This document shows, piece by piece, positions 47,128 through 56,266 of a DNA stretch of 64,000 nucleotides. Source of the DNA: Oceanispirochaeta sp. (lineage in GTDB: Bacteria > Spirochaetota > Spirochaetia > DSM-2461); NCBI GenBank assembly GCA_963663385.2, contig CAXXXD010000002.1:1-64000 (forward strand). The letters run 5' to 3'. How positions within the stretch are numbered: the first letter of the stretch is position 1; each line of letters opens with the position of its first letter. The notes below the pieces were generated by a model. It made no database searches and was not told the origin of the DNA. It saw only the letters and a program-made list of their open reading frames with translations. Made by a program: the position numbers and the translations under genes.

Positions 47128-47835
47128 ATGAAACAGGATATTTCCCAGAGGATCCTCTATGAGGATAACCATCTGATAATCGTCAATAAAGAGTGTTCTG
47201 AAATTGTGCAGGGGGATAAAACCGGAGACTCACCCCTAAGTGATACGGTAAGAGAGTTTATTAAAAAGAGGGATGCCAAGCCGGGGAATGTATTTATCGG
47301 AATCCCCCACCGTCTGGACCGGCCTACCAGCGGTATCGTTATTTTTGCCAAAACATCCAAAGCCCTCTCCCGTATGAACGAGCTTTTCCGTAGGAACGAA
47401 GTTCACAAAACCTACTGGGCTGTTCTGGGCGGCTGTCCCTCTGCCGGGGAAGATACACTGACCGACTATCTGAGGCGGGACAGACAACAGAATAAATCCT
47501 ATACCTGTCCTGCCGGAAGGAAGGATGCCAAAAAAGCGGTTCTTTCCTATAGAATCCTCCATTTTACCGGTCGTTATGCTCTGGCGGAAGTGGACCTCCA
47601 TACGGGGCGGCATCATCAGATCCGGGTCCAGTTCAGTTCCCGCGGGTACACCATCAAGGGAGATCTGAAATACGGGGCATCCCGGTCAAATCCCGGAGGG
47701 GGAATCCACCTTCATGCCAGACGGGTTGCCTTTGTCCATCCCGTCAGCAGGGTAGCGGTGGATGTTACCGCCCCTGTTCCTCCGGATGACAACCTCTGGA
47801 CTGAGCTCGAGAGAGAGGTTTCGGCACTTGGCTGA
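47128..47835 (+). CDS. RluA-family pseudouridine synthase
   Basis: ILYEDNHLIIVNK, HRLDRPTSG, TGRHHQIRVQ, GDLKYG, LHA. Confidence 0.93.
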   Translation: MKQDISQRILYEDNHLIIVNKECSEIVQGDKTGDSPLSDTVREFIKKRDAKPGNVFIGIPHRLDRPTSGIVIFAKTSKALSRMNELFRRNEVHKTYWAVLGGCPSAGEDTLTDYLRRDRQQNKSYTCPAGRKDAKKAVLSYRILHFTGRYALAEVDLHTGRHHQIRVQFSSRGYTIKGDLKYGASRSNPGGGIHLHARRVAFVHPVSRVAVDVTAPVPPDDNLWTELEREVSALG

Positions 47836-48886
47836 ACTTCTGAGTAAAGGTCAGATAGAATCCCTTCTGGAGTGGTTTGACACAAACGGGGTTGCCTACC
47901 CCTGGGGAGATGATCCTTCTCCCTATAAGGTCTGGGTATCCGAGGTTATGCTGCAGCAAACCGTTGTAACCGCTGCTGTTGAGCATTTCAGGAGATGGAT
48001 AATTCTCTTTCCCGATATACGGGCCCTTGCTGAAGCGGAAGAGGAAGCTGTTCTGAAGGCCTGGGAAGGGCTCGGTTACTACTCCAGGGCCCGGAATCTC
48101 CGCAAGGGAGCTATCTATCTGATTCATGAAAAAGAAGGGGCACTCCCTGAGTCCTACAGGGAACTGACTGCTGTCCCCGGAATAGGAGATTATACAGCCC
48201 GGGCTCTTCTGAGCCTGGCCTTCGGTCTTCCCTATCCTGTTCTGGACGCCAATGTCCGAAGGATCGGTCAGCGCCTTCTGGCCTGTGCCGGATGGGAGAA
48301 GAGAGACGACATATTCCTCCTTGAAAAACTGGATAGGGTTATCCCCCGGTATACTCCGGGACTGTTTAACGCCGCCCTGATGCAACTGGGGCAGCAGGTC
48401 TGCCGGACAGGAAAACCCGACTGCCCTTCCTGCCCCCTGTTGAAGGCCTGCGCCGCACGCAGGAAGGGATTGGAAGAGAGTATCCCCCTCAGGAAAAAAC
48501 GGAAGGTGAAAGAGAAACATACGGTTCTCTTTCTGATCGTTAATAAGGGGCGTATTCTGATGATACGCCGAAGCCGCGGGATCGGGGAAGGTTTATGGTT
48601 TTTACCCGGCGTTGAAAAAAGCCGGGTTGCCGGTATCAGGAACTATGTGGAAAAGCAGGCTGTGGAGGCGGGATCTCTCCCTGTCAGTATTCACTACTAT
48701 ACCAGCTGGAAGGATTATCTCTACCCGGAAATATACGAATGCCGTCAGGCGGACCCTGTCTTTCAGGATAAATTCGATACCCCCCCGGAAGATCGGATGG
48801 AGTGGGTGGATCTGAAGAATCTTGAATCCTGTCCCACGCCCTCTGCTTATAGAAGGATATTAAACCGTTACCTTCTTTCCAGTTAA
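47828..48886 (+). CDS. mutY: A/G-specific adenine glycosylase
   Basis: PYKVWVSEVMLQQT, WEGLGYYSRARNL, VPGIGDYTA, LDANVRR, Fe-S CX6CX2CX5C. Confidence 0.93.
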   Translation: MAELLSKGQIESLLEWFDTNGVAYPWGDDPSPYKVWVSEVMLQQTVVTAAVEHFRRWIILFPDIRALAEAEEEAVLKAWEGLGYYSRARNLRKGAIYLIHEKEGALPESYRELTAVPGIGDYTARALLSLAFGLPYPVLDANVRRIGQRLLACAGWEKRDDIFLLEKLDRVIPRYTPGLFNAALMQLGQQVCRTGKPDCPSCPLLKACAARRKGLEESIPLRKKRKVKEKHTVLFLIVNKGRILMIRRSRGIGEGLWFLPGVEKSRVAGIRNYVEKQAVEAGSLPVSIHYYTSWKDYLYPEIYECRQADPVFQDKFDTPPEDRMEWVDLKNLESCPTPSAYRRILNRYLLSS

Positions 48887-49028
48887 TTCTCAGCATCTCT
48901 TCCTTTTTACCGGCTCTCTCAGCCGGGAGTGGTGTGTTCTTTATGCACTAATGTGTTCTTTCTGCAACTGTCCGATTTCCATCGCCTTGTTCTTGCCTAA
49001 TCATTGATTATTATTGTAGGGTTTACAG

Positions 49029-50039
49029 ATGAACCTGTTCACTAAAAACACCTTTCTTTTTCTGATCGGACTGGTCCTGACAGTTTCATCCTGCCGGTCG
49101 GTTGATGAAATGGCCATTGATAAGATTTCAGAGATTATGTCTTCCGATTCCGGTTCGGGAGCCTTTACCCGTGATAACGATCCCCAGTTCGTGGCTGATG
49201 CTCTGCCCTTTGCCATGAAAATGTATGAGATGCTGATCGAGATGAATCCCGACGATGCGGATCTGCGTCTGGCTGCGGGTAAAACTTTTATTATGTATGC
49301 CAATGCTTTTCTGCAGACTCCTGCGGGGATGATGGGGGATGAGGACTGGTCCGAGCAGGAAATCATGCTCTACAGGGCCCGTAACATGTACCTGCGGGGA
49401 CGGAATTATGTTCTGTCGGCCATGGCTCTGAACCACGAGAACTTCAATGATCTGCTGGAAAGTGATCCTGATGCACTTCTGGAGCAGACCGGCCAGGTGG
49501 ATGCTTCCGCCCTTTACTGGGCCGCCGCAGGCTGGCTGGGAGCCTTTTCCTGCAATCCCTTTGACATGGAACTGGGAAGCCGGATCTATTTGCCGGTAGC
49601 GTTTCTTTTCCGGGGGCTGGAACTGGATGAAAAAGTAGAACGGGGCGGGGCTCATGAACTGTTTATTACCATATGGTCATCCATCCCCAGGGGAATTATC
49701 GAAAAAGCTCTGCTGACAGCTCCCCGGACGGCCGGTACCTTTGCTGCGGCCTACTATGGAGAGGCCGGTGTGGGCAGTGATGAAGAGAGCCGGGCAAGGT
49801 ATCACCTGAAGAGAGCCCTGGAGTTGTCCGGTGGATTAAACCCCTCACCCTATGTTTCCTTTGCAACGGGAATACCCGTCATGCAGCAGAACTATGATGA
49901 GTTTGAGATGCTGCTGAACAAGGCTCTGGCTATTGACCCGCTGGATGATCCGGATAACGAACTTGTTATTCTGATAACCCGGCAGAAAGCCTCCTGGTAT
50001 CTGGAACACCGGGAAGACTACTTTTTACAGGATTTTTAG
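49029..50039 (+). CDS. TRAP-associated TatT lipoprotein (Tp0956-like)
   Basis: Lipobox VSS-C; DPQFVADALPF..K..E.L, YANAFLQ, RARNMYLRGRNY; directly upstream of a DctP-type gene. Confidence 0.85.
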   Translation: MNLFTKNTFLFLIGLVLTVSSCRSVDEMAIDKISEIMSSDSGSGAFTRDNDPQFVADALPFAMKMYEMLIEMNPDDADLRLAAGKTFIMYANAFLQTPAGMMGDEDWSEQEIMLYRARNMYLRGRNYVLSAMALNHENFNDLLESDPDALLEQTGQVDASALYWAAAGWLGAFSCNPFDMELGSRIYLPVAFLFRGLELDEKVERGGAHELFITIWSSIPRGIIEKALLTAPRTAGTFAAAYYGEAGVGSDEESRARYHLKRALELSGGLNPSPYVSFATGIPVMQQNYDEFEMLLNKALAIDPLDDPDNELVILITRQKASWYLEHREDYFLQDF

Positions 50040-50077
50040 CATGTTCCGGGTATTTGCTTTATATTGAGGATAGAGTT

Positions 50078-51085
50078 ATGAAAAATAGAAAAACAACAAT
50101 AAGCCTGTTACTGCTCCTTTTTCTTATGATGATGCCCCTTTCGGCTATCACCATTAAAATGGGGAGCCTTTTCCCGGAAGGAACGGAATGGGACCGCTCC
50201 CTGCGTAAAATTGTGCAGGAATGGAAAGAAATCACCGATGGCCGGGTCAATCTGAAAATCTATGCGGGAGGGATTGCCGGATCAGAAGAGGATATGGTTC
50301 GCAAGATGCGGATCGGTCAGCTTGACGCGGCGGTTCTTACATCTATCGGCATGAACAAGATCGTATCGGATTGCCTTGTATTCAGTCTGCCTTTTTTCAT
50401 TCAGAATGAGGAGGAGCTGGATTTTGTCCTGAAGGAACTGACACCGATCTTTGATGATGATTTTAATGAGAAGGGTTTCGAAGTACTCCTCTGGTCAAAA
50501 TCCGGGTGGATCAACTTTTTCAGCAGTCAGGAGGTTCATACTCCCGAAGATATACGTAAAACCAAAATGGGTGTCTCTCCGGGAGATGAAGAGATGATTG
50601 AAGCCTTCAAGGCTCTGAAGTTTAATGTGGTTCCCCTTAATCTGAATGATACCCTGATGGGGCTGCAGAGCGGAATGATCGATACGGTTTACACGGCGCC
50701 GATCGGTGCCGCCGCCTATCAGTGGTTCGCTCTGGCGCCTTATATGAATCCCCTCAACGTACTGCCGGTGATCGGAGGGATTGTTCTGTCGGACCGGGCC
50801 TGGAAGAAAATCCCTGCCCAGTATCATGAGGAACTGAAAGCTTCCATGAGGAGTATTGTGGAAGAAGGATTTGCCCGGGAAGCTGAAAAACTCAATAATC
50901 AGGCTATGGATGTTATGAAGGAAAACGGTTTGGTCATTTCGGAGATAACCGAAGAGGACAAGCAGGCCTGGTACGATCTTTTCGATGGAGATTACTGGAT
51001 GATCGTCGGTGATGACAAGGCTGTCGCGCCTGAAGTTTATCAGGAGGTAAAAGCCCGTCTGGAAGCCTTCAGGGCCGGTAAATGA
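50078..51085 (+). CDS. dctP: TRAP substrate-binding protein (DctP/TatP)
   Basis: IKMGSLFPEGTEW, IYAGGIAGSEEDMVRKMRIGQLDAA, LQSGMID. Confidence 0.9.
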   Translation: MKNRKTTISLLLLLFLMMMPLSAITIKMGSLFPEGTEWDRSLRKIVQEWKEITDGRVNLKIYAGGIAGSEEDMVRKMRIGQLDAAVLTSIGMNKIVSDCLVFSLPFFIQNEEELDFVLKELTPIFDDDFNEKGFEVLLWSKSGWINFFSSQEVHTPEDIRKTKMGVSPGDEEMIEAFKALKFNVVPLNLNDTLMGLQSGMIDTVYTAPIGAAAYQWFALAPYMNPLNVLPVIGGIVLSDRAWKKIPAQYHEELKASMRSIVEEGFAREAEKLNNQAMDVMKENGLVISEITEEDKQAWYDLFDGDYWMIVGDDKAVAPEVYQEVKARLEAFRAGK

Positions 51086-52944
51086 AGAAACACTGGTACC
51101 ATCACATTGAGGATAAAGCCGCCGGGCTGATTTTTCTCTTCCTGGCTCTTATCCCTACAGTTGAAATCCTGTTCCGGCTCCTGTTCCACTCCGGGCTGAA
51201 AGGGGCGGAAGGGTATACGCGGAATGCCGTAGTGTGGGTTGCCTTTCTGGCCGGGACAATCAGTTCCCGGGAGAGGGGGCACCTCTCCCTGACGTCAGGC
51301 CGGGACTTTCTGAAGGGGCCTCTGGGTGAGATTCTGCGCAATATAGTCAAGATCCTCTGTTCGGGGATCAGTATCGGCCTGGCAGTCAGTTCCTTCTCCT
51401 TTATGCTTATCGGGTTTGATCCGGAGCAGATCGTCGGTTTTATCCCTATCCGTTTTATTATACTGGTTATGCCCCTCGGCTTTCTGGTAATGGCTCTGCG
51501 GTTCCTCTATATACGGGGACGGGAGCATTCGTCTTTTACCACTGTTCTGGGGGGGATCCTTTTCGGTTTGTTCCTTGGTCTCCCCGCCTTCGGGAATATG
51601 GCCTACTCCCTGATGATGGAACCGCCCCTGTTTCTTGATTCCTGGATGACCGTGTATTACAGCTTTTTCTATTACGCGGCCATTCCCCTTATCCTGCTGC
51701 TGATTGTATCAGCCTTTGCAGGAACCCCCATTTTTATCCTTCTGGGAGGCATCGCTTTTTTCCTTTTTTCCCGGGATTGGGGTTCTCTGGAAATTCTGCC
51801 CAATGAAGCGTACAACCTGCTTACCAGTTCCAGCATTCCCGCTATCCCCCTATTCACCCTCACAGGGTTCATACTCTCGGAAAGCAAGGCAGGAGAGCGT
51901 CTGGTTCGCCTTTTTCAGAGTTTTATGGGGGGACTGCCCGGGGGTATGGCTATTATGGCTGTTCTGGTGTCCGCTTTCTTTACAACTTTCACCGGTGCTT
52001 CGGGAGTTACCATCCTGGCCCTGGGAGCCCTTCTCCTTTATATGCTTTCGGAAACAGGGGAGTACAGGAAGTCCTTTTCCGAAGGGCTCCTGACTTCTTC
52101 CGGGAGTATCGGGCTCCTCTTTCCACCCAGCCTGCCCATTATCATGTATGGCGTAATGGCGCAGATAAGTGTGCGTGATATGTTTCTGGGAGGAATTATT
52201 CCGGGACTTATCCTGGTTGGAGCCCTTTCCGTTATGGGAATCTATACAGCGGTCAGGTCTCATAAAAAAAGGGAATTCCACTTCAGCTTCAAAGAGTTTC
52301 GTGAAGCATTGAAGGATGCATCGGGAGAGCTCCTCCTGCCGATTATTATCCTTGCCGGGTATTTCGGCGGTATTACCACGCTGGTGGAAACAGGCGCCGT
52401 TGCCGTTATCTACTCTATTCTGCTGGAAGGATTTATTCACAAGGATTTTTCAATCAGGAAGCTGTTCCATGTGATGGATAAAAGCCTCCCCATTATCGGC
52501 GGTGTGCTGATGATACTGGCAACAGCCAAAGGTCTTTCCTACTATCTGGTGGATGCGGAAGTTCCCATGATGCTGACGGATTTCGTGAGCCAGCATATCC
52601 ACTCCAGGATAGTCTTTCTGATTATACTGAACCTGATCCTGCTGGTCACAGGCTGTCTGATGGATATCTATTCAGCCATACTGGTAGTGGGACCTCTGAT
52701 TATCCCCATGGGTGAACTTTTCCAGATCCATCCGGTGCAGCTCGGAATTATTTTTCTGGCAAACCTGCAGCTGGGGTATCTGACACCTCCTGTCGGGATG
52801 AATCTTTTTCTGGCATCCTACAGGTTTGAAACGCCCCTGGCGATAATATATAAACGGGTCGTGCCATTCCTGCTGGTTCTGCTGGTTATGGTGCTTCTTA
52901 TAACATATGTCCCCTGGTTTTCTCTGGCATTACTGGGGCTCTGA
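51082..52944 (+). CDS. Fused TRAP permease DctQ-DctM
   Basis: N-terminal 4-TM DctQ part; AIPLFTLTG, TGASGVT, IGLLFPPSLP, GYLTPPVGMNLF. Confidence 0.92.
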   Translation: MKKHWYHHIEDKAAGLIFLFLALIPTVEILFRLLFHSGLKGAEGYTRNAVVWVAFLAGTISSRERGHLSLTSGRDFLKGPLGEILRNIVKILCSGISIGLAVSSFSFMLIGFDPEQIVGFIPIRFIILVMPLGFLVMALRFLYIRGREHSSFTTVLGGILFGLFLGLPAFGNMAYSLMMEPPLFLDSWMTVYYSFFYYAAIPLILLLIVSAFAGTPIFILLGGIAFFLFSRDWGSLEILPNEAYNLLTSSSIPAIPLFTLTGFILSESKAGERLVRLFQSFMGGLPGGMAIMAVLVSAFFTTFTGASGVTILALGALLLYMLSETGEYRKSFSEGLLTSSGSIGLLFPPSLPIIMYGVMAQISVRDMFLGGIIPGLILVGALSVMGIYTAVRSHKKREFHFSFKEFREALKDASGELLLPIIILAGYFGGITTLVETGAVAVIYSILLEGFIHKDFSIRKLFHVMDKSLPIIGGVLMILATAKGLSYYLVDAEVPMMLTDFVSQHIHSRIVFLIILNLILLVTGCLMDIYSAILVVGPLIIPMGELFQIHPVQLGIIFLANLQLGYLTPPVGMNLFLASYRFETPLAIIYKRVVPFLLVLLVMVLLITYVPWFSLALLGL

Positions 52945-52964
52945 TTTAAATAAAGGTAGGTATA

Positions 52965-54242
52965 ATGAGAAATCTGACAAAACCGGAACGGAGCTGGGTT
53001 CTCTACGATTGGGCGAATTCCGCTTACTCCATTACAGTTACAACGGCGGTTTTCCCCCTCTTTTTCGGGCAGATAGCACGGCAGGGCGGTTTAAGCGATA
53101 CCGCATCCACGGCCGTCCTTGGTTACGGAAACAGTATTTATGCCCTGCTGATAGCGGTTCTGGCTCCCATACTGGGAACCATGGCAGATTATAAGGGCAG
53201 AAGAAAAAAGTACTTTAAGGGTTTCCTCTATACCGGTACGGGAGCGACACTTCTTCTTATGCTGATACAGCCCGGGGCCTGGCTGCCGGCTATTATTATC
53301 TACATGATTACGGGAATCGGATTTTATGGAGCCAATATTTTTTATGACTCCTTTCTGGTGGATGTGGCAGCGCCTGAGCGGATGGATATGGTTTCCACCA
53401 AGGGGTTCGGCTGGGGCTATATCGGGAGTACCATTCCTTTCGTGGCATCTCTGGTTATTATCTTTCTGATGGCCAGGGGTGATATGTCCACCCTCAATAT
53501 TACGGGCGTCCGGATAGCCTTTCTGATAACAGCCCTCTGGTGGCTGGGGTTTTCCTTCCCTATCCTCCGGAAAGTTCATCAGAAGTATGGAATCGAACCG
53601 AGCAGGCACCCTGTACGGGATTCCTTCCGCCGTTTATGGGAAACCTTCCAGAATATAAGGAAGTATAAGGCTGTTTTTCTTTTTCTCCTTGCCTACTTCT
53701 TCTATATTGACGGAGTGGGAACCATTATCAAGATGGCAACGGATTACGGATCGAAAATGGGGATCAGCTCCGCCTTTCTGCTTCTGGATCTTATGGGGCT
53801 GCAGATCGTTGCATTTCCCTTTACGATTCTATACGGTGTGCTGGCCAGAAAGACTTCAGCCCGGACTATGCTCTTTGCGGGCATAGGGATCTATATTGTC
53901 ATTACCATTATGGCTGTTATACTCCCCTTTACAGGTCCGGAAATGCTTCTTCCCATGTTTATCTTTATTTCCTTTCTGGTTGCAACCAGCCAGGGGGGGA
54001 TACAGGCCCTGTCCCGCTCTCTCTACGGAGCCATGATCCCGCCGGACCAGGCCGGGGAGTTTTTCGGGTTCTTTGATATCTTTGGTAAATTCGCCGCCAT
54101 CCTGGGACCTTTTATCCTTGGACTGGCTACGCAGATAACCGGGTCTTACAGTATCGGAATCGGATGCATTGTTTTCCTGTTTATCATTGGAGCCGTATTC
54201 CTCTCCCTTAGCGGAAAGGCTGTTAAAGGACAAACCGGCTGA
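52965..54242 (+). CDS. MFS transporter (UMF1/Atg22-like)
   Basis: SWVLYDWANSAY, YFFYIDGVGTII, QALSRS, EFFGFF. Confidence 0.88.
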   Translation: MRNLTKPERSWVLYDWANSAYSITVTTAVFPLFFGQIARQGGLSDTASTAVLGYGNSIYALLIAVLAPILGTMADYKGRRKKYFKGFLYTGTGATLLLMLIQPGAWLPAIIIYMITGIGFYGANIFYDSFLVDVAAPERMDMVSTKGFGWGYIGSTIPFVASLVIIFLMARGDMSTLNITGVRIAFLITALWWLGFSFPILRKVHQKYGIEPSRHPVRDSFRRLWETFQNIRKYKAVFLFLLAYFFYIDGVGTIIKMATDYGSKMGISSAFLLLDLMGLQIVAFPFTILYGVLARKTSARTMLFAGIGIYIVITIMAVILPFTGPEMLLPMFIFISFLVATSQGGIQALSRSLYGAMIPPDQAGEFFGFFDIFGKFAAILGPFILGLATQITGSYSIGIGCIVFLFIIGAVFLSLSGKAVKGQTG

Positions 54243-54778
54243 TGGATCGGCAGAATGAAGCGGAAAACCTGGTTTTTCAGGGCATCTCCTTCGCCAGGAA
54301 GGGGAAGCATCTGAAAGCTGTCGAAGCTTTTCTGGGGGCTCTGGAAATTGTCCCCGGCAATGCTGTTATCTGTTTCAATCTTGCCCTTGAATACCTGTCC
54401 ATGGATGAGCCGGAACTGGCCCTCTCCTACCTGGACAGATCTGTGAAGAAAGAGCCGGATAATCCGGATTACTGGTGCGAAAGAGGGGTAGCCCTTTACC
54501 GTACCCTGGATTATGCCGGGGCGGAAGAGTCCTATGAACGTGCCATGAGCTGCGGAGGAGAAAACTCCCGTTTATGGAACAACTTCGGGGTACTCCGTTT
54601 TATTACAGAACGGTACCAGGAAGCGGGAGAGTTTTTTGACCGGGCTGTCAAACTTGATCCTGTAAACGCGGATGCCTGGTATAACCTGGCGGATACCCTG
54701 GAAGAGCTGGGGAACGCAAAAGGCGCCGAGGCAGCCCGCCGGGAGTATCAGAAGCTGCAGGGAAAGGGAAATCCATGA
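54242..54778 (+). CDS. TPR protein
   Basis: Four to five 34-aa TPR motifs. Confidence 0.88.
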   Translation: MDRQNEAENLVFQGISFARKGKHLKAVEAFLGALEIVPGNAVICFNLALEYLSMDEPELALSYLDRSVKKEPDNPDYWCERGVALYRTLDYAGAEESYERAMSCGGENSRLWNNFGVLRFITERYQEAGEFFDRAVKLDPVNADAWYNLADTLEELGNAKGAEAARREYQKLQGKGNP

Positions 54779-55008
54779 GAGCCGAAGAGCTGGTTGCCGA
54801 AATCTACCGGCAGAAGCTGGAAGTTCAGAGCAGGGGCGGCAACCCTGTTAAAGTCCTTATGCCCCCCGATGTCTGGGAACATATCCGCGCCTGGCACATT
54901 TCTCTGGGGGTTATGGAAAAGGCTCCTCATATGGACTATATAACGGAAGAGGCCGTTTTTGGGCTGAGTGTGGTGATAGCCCCGGATTCTATTCTGACTG
55001 TTCAATAG
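54775..55008 (+). CDS. Small hypothetical protein
   Basis: 77 aa; ATGA overlap with the TPR gene. Confidence 0.65.
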   Translation: MRAEELVAEIYRQKLEVQSRGGNPVKVLMPPDVWEHIRAWHISLGVMEKAPHMDYITEEAVFGLSVVIAPDSILTVQ

Positions 55009-55017
55009 ATATCCCGT

Positions 55018-56211
55018 TCAGGGATAGGACACCTCAGTCCATTCGCTTCCGTTTACTGACGACTTGAGAACAGCCTCAACAAAAAGAACTCCTGCCAGGC
55101 CGTCTTTGGCTTTCGGGTAGGTGACGGACTCTTCCCGCGGTGTTTTCCCGCTGCGACGGGCTGCAATCGCTTCGGCGGCGTCTCTGTAGATATTGGCAAA
55201 CCCGGAAGGAAATCCTTCAGGGTGTCCGGCTGCTATATGGGTTGAATGACTCCCCAGGGTATTGGAAGCCGCCCCGCCGGGTGTTCTTGTTTCCCAGGGT
55301 TTGCCCAGGGGCTTGTATATCAGTCTTTGAGGTGTTTCCTGTTCCCATTCCAGGGTGCCCCGGGACCCGCTGAGGCGGATTCTCAGGCCATTTTCCATAC
55401 CGGCCGCCGCCTGTGTCACCCAGAAACTTCCCCTGGCGCCATTGCTGAGTCTCAGAAGAGCTCCTGAATAATCGTCCACTAACCGGCCGGGTACGATATG
55501 TCCTGTTTCAGCGGCCACTTGGGAAACTTCCAGACAGGATATATAGCGCAGCAGGTTATGTGCATGGGTTCCGATATCCCCCATCACAAGGGAAGGTCCG
55601 CATTTTTCCGGCTTAAAGCGCCAGGATGTTTCTGGATCTTCCGGATCCGGATCATCTCCTGTTGCTTTTCCTCCCTGAACATATTCCACCTGAACCAGTC
55701 GAATCTCTCCCAGAGCACCCTCTTCAACCATTCCCCTGGCCTGTCTGACCATGGGGTAGCCCGTGTAGTTGTGGGTAAGACAGAAAATCAGACCTGTTTC
55801 GGAAACCATCTTATTAAGCGCTTCCGCTTCTTTTACCGTATTGGTCATGGGCTTGTCGCAGATTACATCCAGTCCGGCATCAAGAGCGGCCATGGCATAT
55901 TCGTAGTGGGAGTCATTCGGTGTCATAATGGCAACGGTATCCGCTCCATTTGAGCGTCTGGATTCGCTTATTATAAGTTCCAGGGCATTTTCATAAATCC
56001 TGTCTTCTGACAGGCCGAGCTTTCTGCCGGCTTCCATTGATCGCCGGGGATCGGAAGACAGGGCACAGGCGACAATGTCATAGCAGTCTGTAATACGGGC
56101 CGCTTTGCGGTGCATGGCTCCGATAAAAGATCCCGGACCTCCACCGATAACAGCCAGACGGATCCGTCTGCCCAGTAAACTGACAGCAGGATTATACTCA
56201 TCTGTTTTCAT
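55018..56211 (-). CDS. Gfo/Idh/MocA-family oxidoreductase
   Basis: LAVIGGGPGSFIG.MH, IMTPNDSH, VICDKP, GDIGTHA, GHPEGF. Confidence 0.92.
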   Translation of the reverse strand: MKTDEYNPAVSLLGRRIRLAVIGGGPGSFIGAMHRKAARITDCYDIVACALSSDPRRSMEAGRKLGLSEDRIYENALELIISESRRSNGADTVAIMTPNDSHYEYAMAALDAGLDVICDKPMTNTVKEAEALNKMVSETGLIFCLTHNYTGYPMVRQARGMVEEGALGEIRLVQVEYVQGGKATGDDPDPEDPETSWRFKPEKCGPSLVMGDIGTHAHNLLRYISCLEVSQVAAETGHIVPGRLVDDYSGALLRLSNGARGSFWVTQAAAGMENGLRIRLSGSRGTLEWEQETPQRLIYKPLGKPWETRTPGGAASNTLGSHSTHIAAGHPEGFPSGFANIYRDAAEAIAARRSGKTPREESVTYPKAKDGLAGVLFVEAVLKSSVNGSEWTEVSYP

Positions 56212-56235
56212 AAAAAAGGACTCCTTCCGGAGTCC
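56212..56235 (-). terminator. Terminator-like hairpin overlapping the downstream RBS
   Basis: Minus strand GGACTCC-GGAA-GGAGTCC-TTTTTT-ATG. Confidence 0.6.
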
Positions 56236-56266
56236 CATTATAAGATCAATTACTGTAAATTACCAG

